NCBI GenBank assembly: GCA_009859145.1
Contig: VRVR01000001.1
Span: 435,692-499,691, forward strand
Length of the DNA: 64,000 nucleotides
Direction: 5' to 3'
Origin: Andalucia godoyi And28
Taxonomy: Eukaryota; Protista; Jakobida
The position numbers and the translations under genes are program-made. This document shows positions 33,401-42,429 of this stretch, one piece after another. The stretch's first letter is position 1; each line of letters begins with the position of its first letter. Under the pieces are notes generated by a model. It did not search any database and was not told the origin of the DNA. It was given only the letters and a program-made list of their open reading frames with translations.

Positions 33401-34707
33401 GCGCACAGGTTCGCGACGCTATCACGTCATTTGCACAGCGTCTGTCTAAGCGCCGTAGCATGTTGGGACTCCAAGACAACAGCCGGTCGTCGCGTCTGGA
33501 TGACGTGGAAACCATCTATGACAAGACCACACGATTCTCTGCTTCGCAATTAGAGATTCTGTTTGAGCGATTCATGCAAAAATATCGTCGAGCACGCGTG
33601 GAGCCTGGTGAGGCTGTGGGTGCTTTGGGTGCGCAGTCCATTGGAGAGCCGGGCACGCAAATGACCTTGAAGACTTTTCATTTCGCTGGTGTTGCCTCGA
33701 TGAACGTCACCTTGGGTGTTCCCCGTATCAAGGAAATTATCAACGCAAGCAAGACCATTTCGACTCCAATCATCACAGCGGAGTTGGTGGACAGCAAGAA
33801 TGAGCGTGCAGCTCGAGTCGTCAAGGCTCGTTTGGAGAAGACCCTGCTGGGGCAAGTGTGCGAATACATGCGTGAAGTATACACACCCGGGCAATGCTAT
33901 GTTTCCATCAAGCTCGATGGTCACGCACTCTCTGCGCTGATGCTTGAAGATTTGTCCGCAGATGACGTTCGACAAGCGATCATCGCGCACCCTAAGCTGG
34001 CTTCGTCGTCGAAGATGAAGTTGAAAGACCGACACGTCCGAGTTTACGGCCCGTTGAAGCTTCGAGTATATCCTGTGGACACCACCAGAGAGAACATGTA
34101 TGCCCAGTTGCAGTATCTTCGCCAGCAGCTTCCCCTTGTGTTGGTCCGCGGTTACCCAACAGTGCAGCGTGCTGTCATCAATCGCAGAGCCGGGAATTCG
34201 GGGGAAATGAATCTCCTCGTGGAAGGCACGGACCTTCTCCGAACCATGGGTACTCCGGGTGTCGTAGGGGTGAAAACTACTTCGAACCATGTCATGGAGA
34301 TGGAGAAGGTTCTCGGAATCGAAGCAGCCCGTCGAACCATCATGTCTGAAATCAAATATGTTATGAGTTCGTACGGAATGAACGTCGATGACCGGCATGT
34401 CATGTTGCTGGCAGACGTAATGACGTTTAAGGGCGAGGTGCTGGGTATCACTCGTTTCGGCATCGGAAAGATGAAGGACTCTGTTTTGATGTTGGCGTCG
34501 TTCGAGAAGACGACTGATCATCTTTTTGATGCTGCGGTCCACGGCCGAGTCGACCATGTGCGAGGCGTGTCGGAGTGCATCATTACGGGATCTCCGATCC
34601 CTCTCGGAACCGGCATGTTCCGGCTCATGATGCAAAACAAAGACAGGGCGATTGGGCATGCGCCACCGAAGCGTGTGACTCTGTTTTCAAATACGTTTTC
34701 AAAGTAG
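30463..34707 (+). CDS. RPC1: RNA polymerase III largest subunit (5' end uncertain, a short upstream exon is possible)
   Basis: [86 protein letters not shown]; no CTD heptads. Confidence 0.93.
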   Translation: [1414 protein letters not shown]

Positions 34708-35236
34708 GCAAAGAAAGGGTGGGGGAAAAAGTATTTTAAATAATAATAATAATATGAAGAAGTCCAAATTTCTGTCGTCCCAGCCACCACCATTCTTATC
34801 GGTTTTGGCCAGACTCGCGAACATATGCCGAACAATCAGGAAACAATATGGTGTTCGTTTGCCGATTCCGAAGAACCAGGCAAATTCGTGGAACCGTGAG
34901 TGTCGTCGCCATCGCATTTTGTGCTGTGCGTTTTTTACACCTTCGTCGTCGTCGTCGTCAGACGCATCGTTCGGCACACAAAGACAAATGTTCAGCGCAG
35001 TCCTTCCATCACGCGAAATGAATCGACATTTGCAACGCCACCAATCCTGCTTGTTTCATCAGTGAATGCAATCCGTAGGTGTCATTACACATGGACTTGG
35101 AGCTCGGACATCCTTCGTCTATGAAGTGGAAACGATCATGCCTGCAAGAAACACAGAGTCAAAGAACGACGCGCTGGAGGAATACGAAAAAAGAGAAAGG
35201 AAAAAACCCGGGTTTTTGCATATTTGCACAAAGGAG

Positions 35237-35365
35237 CGCCTACATTATACACTGAACATGCTGCATATCTACGAATAGACATGCATATTCAATCCTGCAT
35301 CCCGTTGTCGGGAAGGGGATAGGCCCCCCAACACGCCTCACGGCGTTCTTCAGATAGATGTTCTG
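35237..35365 (-). ncRNA. Candidate omegaRNA scaffold at the element B right end
   Basis: Follows the Fanzor C-terminus. Hairpins ACGCC-GUGA-GGCGU (35346-35333), UCCCG-ACAA-CGGGA (35313-35300) and a 10-bp stem with UUCG loop (35285-35262). Ends at the terminus conserved in all three copies. Confidence 0.55.
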
Positions 35366-35583
35366 CGCTCCGTTCCCAATCTCGATCAATCTGCGAGCTA
35401 CACGCGGGACATGCAAACACTTTGCTTCCACACAACTTGCGATGGATTTCCCCCCGCAACGGCCGCATGTTTTAAACGTGTACTCCTCCGTCACAAGTCA
35501 CAATCGACACCTGCCGCCCCGCGAATTCGCGCGATTTGCAGAGAAGCCGCTGCCGCGCAGTTGTCGCCTTGGCGATCTTTCCT
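35345..35583 (-). pseudogene. Fanzor/TnpB C-terminal fragment (post RuvC-II, Zn finger, RuvC-III)
   Basis: After correcting small indels: KIAKATTARQ/RLLCKSREFAGRQVSIVTEEYTFKTCGRCG-EIHRKLCGSKVFACPACSSQIDRDW-NGAQNIYLKNA. Confidence 0.88.
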
Positions 35584-35671
35584 GGCGGCGGCCCAGCGCT
35601 GGAAAGTGGCGGTGGAGATTATCATGGGTCTTGCGCAGCGTTGCGGGCGTGACGGACATGGCGCGCTGCAT
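35584..35671 (-). pseudogene. IS607-type TnpA N-terminal MerR-like HTH fragment
   Basis: MQRAMSVTPATLRKT(H)-ISTATFQRWAAA with one frameshift; homologous to element C. Confidence 0.7.
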
Positions 35672-35911
35672 GGACAATAACAATATAAATAAAGATATGA
35701 GCGTCGCTGTGCGAGAATGCAACGCGGCGGCGTGTGTTATAGGGATTTCGTGATCAAAATGGGGCGAAACGAATCGGGCATCGTGTGACGGAGTTGCCAA
35801 GATAACAAACGCATGCGCATGGCGCGTGGCAGTGTTTTTTTTGTTTGCGTGCGCTTTAGATTGCTTCATCATCTTGCAATAAGTGGCAACGGCGAGTCGG
35901 ACGACGAAGAG

Positions 35912-37762
35912 TCATTCAAAATCGTCTTCGTATAAATCGAGATCCAAATTGGTGGGGGATTCGATTCTGGAGACTACGTCAGTGTTCAGTGGATTGGACG
36001 CGAATTGCGCATCCGTCCGGTCCACCATCCAGCGCAACCATGTGGAAGCTTTCGAAGGAGGTGCGAGACGGCTTGAGCCATTGTTGTTGGTACTATTACT
36101 TTGCGGTTGCGATCCCACTATGGAAATGAGTTGCTCACACGTCTCGTGAAGAAGACTGCGTTCCCGCTCCCAGGCATCGACCTCATTCATGCGCGCTTCC
36201 TGTTGCTGCACTGCATGGTTTTGCAAGACTTTCAAATGCAAATTCGTCATGCGGAATCGATGCGCCAATTCCGTCAGCACCTCAGTCAATGCTTTGCGAT
36301 CAGGCAGAGTCAGATTCGCGGCAAGGTGCGCTACCTTGGATCCAATACCTGAAAGACGGGTGACCGCATCATCGACATCGTCCGGATCCGCAGTGGCCTT
36401 GACGTCCGACACAAGATGAAGGACAGACCGTTCCAAATGCTCGGAAGATGACTTCAGCTGTGCGTTGATGGAGGCTTCAATGTCATGCAACACACGGTTC
36501 GCCGCCACCTGTGGATGCATGTTTTCTGGCATTTTGGAGGACGAGGAATGAACTGGATCGGATAGCCTCCCATGTACGGCCTTCAACAATGAATACGCTC
36601 TGAAGATCAATCTATCGCGTTCAATCAAGAAACGTCGTAGCAGATCCTTGATTTCCGCCTTGTGAGACTGTCGCGAACCCAGCAGGATCTGATTCTGCAA
36701 TCTCAGGGAGGCAACTTCCTTGATCAAATCATGCATTCGAGGCACCAGCTGAACACAAGCCGCATGAATTTCCTTGACTGTCTCGTGATCCTCGGAAGTG
36801 CCTCGAAGCCTTTGGCTCATCAGAACGTTGAACTTGTCGAGACTGCATGTTTTGCAAAGCACTAGCTCCCCCTCCAGTTCCGCGAGCCTTCTCTTCAAAT
36901 TCTCCATTTCGTCATTATTCCCAGAGGCCTTTGCTTCCATGAAGAGAGTGCTCGTCGGATTGGGGTCTGCTGGTTTGTTCAGCTCTGCTATAAGATCCTC
37001 GATCGACAAGTCGCTTGCAACGGCAATCTTGTCCGAGTCTGTCCTTGACGCGGGGGAAATGGGAGTTTGATGGTCTTGGTCCTGCAGTGGGTCATTGTCG
37101 TTTGTCTTTCTCTTTCGCAACGAAGTTCGCAGCAGCTTATTCTCCTCTTGCAGATCTCTATTCTGCGCAAACAACTTTCGAATTACATTTTGCGATTTTT
37201 CAAGCCGTCCCTCCAGCTCCGAGAATGCCTGCTCCACCTTTTTGAGTCCCCAGACCTCGGATTGGAACATTCCCACAGGAACGCTGGCTTGCGAGGATTC
37301 GATTTCCGCCAACAGCTCTTGGAACGTACCCTTTTCTCGAGCAAGTTCATGAGGAACGTTCGGAATGTCGCCCAGGACCAGGTCTTCTGTGTTGTCGAAT
37401 CCCTTCATAGCATCCAATGACGGGTCCGTGAACAAGAGGATGCTCTTCGTCCTGTACAAATCTCGCAGAACAGACATGGACGCTCCAATCAGCGATGTAA
37501 TCTCCGACGAATTCAAGAGTGCTGCGACATCCTTGCTCGAGTGCACTGAGATGCTCCGTGCAAACTCCGGAGCCAACGACCGCAGCTTGTCCACTGACGA
37601 CTCCCTTTTCGATACAGCATTTAAATTGTGATGCGACTGCGATCGCGCAGACCGCGGAGTCGACGTCGATCTGCTTGATTTAGGAGCACTGGACACTCGC
37701 GGAGAAAGTAAAGGAACCAGTTTATGCGGTCCAATCGGCAGCGGAGGAACCGTCGACGACAT
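35912..37762 (-). CDS. Hypothetical coiled-coil protein
   Basis: About 616-aa ORF with ATG at 37762 and several heptad segments. Confidence 0.75.
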   Translation of the reverse strand: MSSTVPPLPIGPHKLVPLLSPRVSSAPKSSRSTSTPRSARSQSHHNLNAVSKRESSVDKLRSLAPEFARSISVHSSKDVAALLNSSEITSLIGASMSVLRDLYRTKSILLFTDPSLDAMKGFDNTEDLVLGDIPNVPHELAREKGTFQELLAEIESSQASVPVGMFQSEVWGLKKVEQAFSELEGRLEKSQNVIRKLFAQNRDLQEENKLLRTSLRKRKTNDNDPLQDQDHQTPISPASRTDSDKIAVASDLSIEDLIAELNKPADPNPTSTLFMEAKASGNNDEMENLKRRLAELEGELVLCKTCSLDKFNVLMSQRLRGTSEDHETVKEIHAACVQLVPRMHDLIKEVASLRLQNQILLGSRQSHKAEIKDLLRRFLIERDRLIFRAYSLLKAVHGRLSDPVHSSSSKMPENMHPQVAANRVLHDIEASINAQLKSSSEHLERSVLHLVSDVKATADPDDVDDAVTRLSGIGSKVAHLAANLTLPDRKALTEVLTELAHRFRMTNLHLKVLQNHAVQQQEARMNEVDAWERERSLLHETCEQLISIVGSQPQSNSTNNNGSSRLAPPSKASTWLRWMVDRTDAQFASNPLNTDVVSRIESPTNLDLDLYEDDFE

Positions 37763-38270
37763 TGAATGGGGGGCCAACTACTACTACGAACCTACTATTA
37801 TTGTAATCTTCTACTTTTCTTTTTCCTACGCTTTTTCTACAACAGCGAGAACCGAGCACTACAAACGGATGACAGGGATAAACGAAGTACACGAAGAGCA
37901 CTCTATTTCTTAGTTTCCCACTTATCCAAAAACCAAAAACCAAAACCAAAAACCAAAAACCAAAAATAAAAACGCAAAGATTTATAGTCAAACTACGGAG
38001 TTTGAAGGGACGTTTGGAAAGGTGACGGTAATCAAAAAGGGTCTTTGTACAGCAGGAAAGTGAATTTCGTCGCCCTCAATGGCCCAATTCCGATCCTCCT
38101 CTTTCGTGCGTTCGTGCGCGATGTGTGGGTGGATGGTTATTACGATCATTATTATTGTTATTTAATACATTTTTTGGGATTGTTGTAAATTACAAAAGGG
38201 AGGTTTTGTACGCTGCTGCATACTCGTCGCACGACACTCTACAATCATCACGTACTCGGTTTAATAAAGA

Positions 38271-38585
38271 ATGACGAAGCTTGCACCTCCAGATCTGAAA
38301 AAGTATTTGGAAAAGAAAGTCTCTGGTATGCACGCTGTTGATTTTTTAATGAATGTTTATATTTTTATCTTCTGACTGCTCATTGTTGTTTCTTCGAACA
38401 TAGTGAAAATGAATGCAAATCGAACTGTGGTTGGAATTCTGAGGGGGTTTGATCAGTTCATGAATATCACAATGGAGGATGTCATTGAGCTCGTGCATGA
38501 CGACGGCGCCCCAGTTCCATTAGGCACTGTTCTTATCCGCGGAAACTCTGTGCACATGCTTGAATTACTGGAACGATCCGAATAA
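38271..38585 (+). CDS. SNRPG: Small nuclear ribonucleoprotein G; exons 38271-38325 and 38404-38585
   Basis: Spliced [39 protein letters not shown]...IRGNSV; intron GTATGC...ATAG. Confidence 0.9.
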
Positions 38586-39045
38586 ATGTCATGATTAACG
38601 AACAACAAGATGTGTAGCATCCAATCTCTCTCTCTCTCTCTCTCTCTTCAACTTTTGTCATCACCTGCGCCAGTTCGTAGTGGATTCCGGACGGCTGAGC
38701 AGCCCGGTGCTTAAATAAAATAAATATTAAAAAAGACACGAGGCTTAGTGAGCGTGTGCGCATTGATACGTTGATCCACGTTCCCAGAGCGTGTCACCAA
38801 CACGACTTCTACTCGCACAGCGTTGCCTGTCGTAAAGGGACCATTAAAGGACAGCACTCAGAAAAAGAGCGTTTCTCAACGTTCTTCTCTGTTATTCTCA
38901 TCCATGCTATTCTGTTCTTCCTGTTTTTTTTTTCTTTTTGAATTCCACTAAAAACAAACGATCAAACAAAACGAAACAAAAAAGAAACGAAACAAAAAAG
39001 AATAAAAAAGAAACGCAAAGAAGAGAAGAGATAGGGAGTGGTAGG

Positions 39046-40824
39046 ATGACTTCTTCTACCGGGTTTTTGAGCACGACGACGACGAAGAAGAATGCCTCTT
39101 TTCGCCCTCTGACGAATTCGACGTCGCGAGAATTGTTGGCGTCGTACACACAGTCCGTACAAGGAAAGTACAACACTGGGATTGCGACTCGGTCATTTGT
39201 GACGGCTTCGACGGCAGCTCAGATTTCGCAGGCGCATTCGTTTTTGCTATCGGGAGATGGAGATGCGGCGATTGCGATTGTCCAGGGAATTCTGAGGTCG
39301 TTTCATGATCCTTCGCTCGATGCAGAGTTGCTGATGTTGCTGGGCGACGCGCAGTTGCAAGTTGGCGAAGTGGAACGGTGCGTCGAGTCGTTCACGGCTG
39401 CTCTTCAATCAGAACCTATGCTTCCTCATGCCTACAGAGGACGGGCGAAAGCATATGAAAAACTCGGGAAATTCGAAAACGCAGTTTCTGAATGGAGAAA
39501 AGTCGGCCAAGTCGATGACTACTCGGTGGACGACTGCGTTGCATATGCGAATTCGCTCTTGGCGTGCTCTTCATTCCGTGCCTCCGGTCGCAGCATCGAG
39601 CATGGTGCGGTTGAAGAGGAGGATGTCACGCAGCGAAATGATGCGCTGGCACAGATGGGGAAGCAGGCTGTCGGGTTGTACAGCAAGGCAATTGGAATGG
39701 AGCCAAGCATCCCTGGGCTGTACTTTTACCGAGCGCATGCACTGCATCAGATCGGACTGGATTCTGAAGCAGAGAAGGATCTTGTCTATATCCGATCTTC
39801 GTTTCCGAATTTTGTCGACCAGTATGTCCGCGAAGGAACCGTCGATTCGCTTCGTGCGGCCTTGATGCTGCTTGAAGAACGTGACCCGCGAACAATCATT
39901 ACAAAGTACAAGCTCGCCGATATGCTGATGCAGGATTTGCTTGCCTCGTCGGATGCGCAGGAAGCAAACGGTGCAGAAGGCGGGGGTGCCCTGGGACTTG
40001 TTCACGAAGTGCTGAGCTTGTTTTCTACGGTATTGGATCGGATGCCAGGCGGATTTGTCGTGCGGCCAAGTACCTTGTATGCGAATCGTGGGGCAATCTA
40101 TTCACGGTTTCTGGGGGACAACGATCGAGCTCGAACGGAGTTCCAAAGTGCTCTTGAAATGGCAGAGCAGGAGGGCGAGGCTGCTGCAGAAACGAGAGAG
40201 TCGGCCGTTCTTGCCCTGATTTCCTTGGCCGTCAAGTACACAGACGTGGTGTCGATCGCGAACTCGCGTGGTATTCCTGGAAAAGATGCGTCTATGGCGT
40301 TTGTGCGTGCCGTGATGGAAAAGTCGGTGGCCGCTTTGCTCAAGTTTCGCTCGGAACTGGACTTTAGAATACAAGACGCAAAGACACAAATTGAGGAGAC
40401 GGAAGCCGCTTCTGCAGCGGACGAGTCCATGAAGCCAAGAGTCAGTGAGCTTCAGGAAGCTGCAGCCGCGCTTCTTGCGGAGTGTGCAGACCTGGAAGCG
40501 AACATTGCTCAAATCACAGGTCGTGGAATTTCTGTCAGCATGCCCGTGAATGCATTCGGAGAGGCGGCCGCGCAGCTGCTTTTGCGATCGGTTGTGAGCA
40601 GGCACCATGTTGCTGTTTCCTCTGAACAGGAGAACCACGGGGCTGTTCTTCGGATGGTGGAATTTGCGATCAGGGCATACTTGGAGCATCCAGAGGGACC
40701 TTCTGTTTTGGGCCCTGTTGCCGACGACTTTAAATCGAGCATTGCTGCTGTCCAGGAGAAGCGAGATGCCGCAATCCAAGCACTGCGCGATGCAAAGGAC
40801 CCCAAGAAGAAGAAGAAAAAGTAA
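39046..40824 (+). CDS. TPR-repeat protein
   Basis: Helical repeats LLGDAQLQVGE..AL, AYRGRAKAYEKLGKFENA, LYFYRAHALHQIG, LYANRGAIY; first plausible ATG at 39046. Confidence 0.8.
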   Translation: MTSSTGFLSTTTTKKNASFRPLTNSTSRELLASYTQSVQGKYNTGIATRSFVTASTAAQISQAHSFLLSGDGDAAIAIVQGILRSFHDPSLDAELLMLLGDAQLQVGEVERCVESFTAALQSEPMLPHAYRGRAKAYEKLGKFENAVSEWRKVGQVDDYSVDDCVAYANSLLACSSFRASGRSIEHGAVEEEDVTQRNDALAQMGKQAVGLYSKAIGMEPSIPGLYFYRAHALHQIGLDSEAEKDLVYIRSSFPNFVDQYVREGTVDSLRAALMLLEERDPRTIITKYKLADMLMQDLLASSDAQEANGAEGGGALGLVHEVLSLFSTVLDRMPGGFVVRPSTLYANRGAIYSRFLGDNDRARTEFQSALEMAEQEGEAAAETRESAVLALISLAVKYTDVVSIANSRGIPGKDASMAFVRAVMEKSVAALLKFRSELDFRIQDAKTQIEETEAASAADESMKPRVSELQEAAAALLAECADLEANIAQITGRGISVSMPVNAFGEAAAQLLLRSVVSRHHVAVSSEQENHGAVLRMVEFAIRAYLEHPEGPSVLGPVADDFKSSIAAVQEKRDAAIQALRDAKDPKKKKKK

Positions 40825-41070
40825 TTTCTCCTCCTTCTCAGCCCCGTCTTCGTCTTCATTGTCGTCGTCGACGTCGTCTCGCACCTTGTACAAAACAAAA
40901 CAAAAAAAAATACCCCCAACAAAGAAAACTTGTTTACATATGGTCCATCCTCGTTCTTTTTTTTAATTTTCTTGTAAGATAAGAATAAAAATAAAAAAAC
41001 AACAACCAACAGACACACCACATGGGAAAAGCAATTACTCAGACGCTTGCACGCGACTTGGGGGGTCCGT

Positions 41071-41993
41071 CTACATGGGAGCCATGCGAAGAGACCCGTC
41101 GATCCGGATGGTCTCTCCGTTGATGTACGGGTTTTCGATGATGGACTTCACCAGTGCAGCGTACTCTTCAGGTTTACCGAGTCGGCTGGGAAACGGAACG
41201 CTTTTCCCCAATGCTTCCTGGGCCTTTGCGGGCAACGAAGCCATCATGGGAGTGGAAAACAAGCCAGGCGCGACCGTGGCGACGCGAATGCCCAGGGATG
41301 CCAGTTCGCGCGCAAGCGGAAGGGTCATTCCCACGACTCCAGCCTTTGAAGCAGCATATGCCGCTTGACCAATCTGACCGTCAAAGGCCGCCACAGAAGC
41401 AGTCATTACAATGACACCTCGCTCTCCATCTTCATTGGGCTTCTGGCGGGCCATGACTTCCACAGCCAACCGAACAATGTTAAACGAACCGCTCAGATTG
41501 ATTTTCAGAATCTTTTCAAAATCCCCTAATGGATGCACGGACCCGTCTCGGCCAAGCGTCTTCTTTGCCAGTGCAATCCCTGCGCAATGCACAACACCGT
41601 TCAGTTGTCCGTACTGCGCAATGCACTTTCCTATTGCTGCTTTCACAGACGACTCTTCCGAAACCTACATCATTCGACACGCCCCAAATTTTTGTTTTCG
41701 TTAAAATAAATATATAAACACATTACGGAAAGAAAGGGGGGAAAGCCCATGTTACTACTGCTATAAGAAGCGTACAAGGCGAAAACATCAGCACGGGGGA
41801 AGTGGGGAGCATGCCATACATCAGTCTTGTGGAAAATAGTTTGCGGAAGCGAACTGCAAAGCCCATTGCCGACTTGTTCGTTCATATCGGCAATCAGGCA
41901 GCGGGCACCCTGCGACACCAGGGCGCGCACAACGGCTTCTCCGAGGCCGGATGCGCCTCCAGTCACAAGAAACACAGAGGACGGGATATGCAT
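41071..41993 (-). CDS. HSD17B10: 3-hydroxyacyl-CoA dehydrogenase type 2 (SDR); exons 41993-41820 and 41664-41071
   Basis: [53 protein letters not shown]-like, [21 protein letters not shown]. Confidence 0.92.
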
Positions 41994-42429
41994 CGTTTGG
42001 AAGCGTCGGTACGAACAGAAGATCGAGAGACTGTTTTTATTGGTTGTGCTGTTTTGTTGTTGTCATGAAGTTTGGTTTTGCAGGGGTTTTCACCCGCAAG
42101 CTTTCCTCCGGGCCGCCTTCCATCGAGAAATAGAAGCTTACACTCCAAGAGAGGAGGGCGGGCCAGCACTGAAACTCAAACAGCTAGCTGCAAGTGGAAA
42201 TTCCATAGCTGCTTTTGAAATCTGGCCGATAGCTGCAGTGCACGCTTTTTTTTTTTCACGATTTTTCTGGCAGAGGCTCTCTCAACCCCCGGAATCGGTG
42301 CCCGTTCTTTTTTTTTTCCCCCTTCTCCCGCGTCTTCTTGTTTTTCCCTGGCTTCTGCTTGTTCTGTGTGTTGTTTTCAACTTCTTAACTTCTAATGCCT
42401 AATGATAGGTCTACGGGTCATTGATTTGC

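Larger units (their letters stand above)
35237..35871 (-). mobile_element. Element B: 635-bp internally deleted IS607/Fanzor-like element (left end, TnpA HTH, Fanzor C-terminus, right end)
   Basis: 35625-35871 aligns closely with element C 46065-46301; 35237-35398 aligns with element A. Contains TnpA HTH and Fanzor Zn-finger/RuvC-III remnants. Confidence 0.88.

Noticed and set aside
29098-34659. Long antisense or alternative-frame ORFs (e.g. 29098-30003, 33550-34659, also 52213-53109 and 47425-48285)
   Set aside because: Shadow ORFs opposite well-supported genes in GC-rich coding DNA.
34750-35160. GC-moderate block downstream of RPC1 with several short ORFs
   Set aside because: No frame gave a recognisable protein or a consistent splice model; left unresolved.
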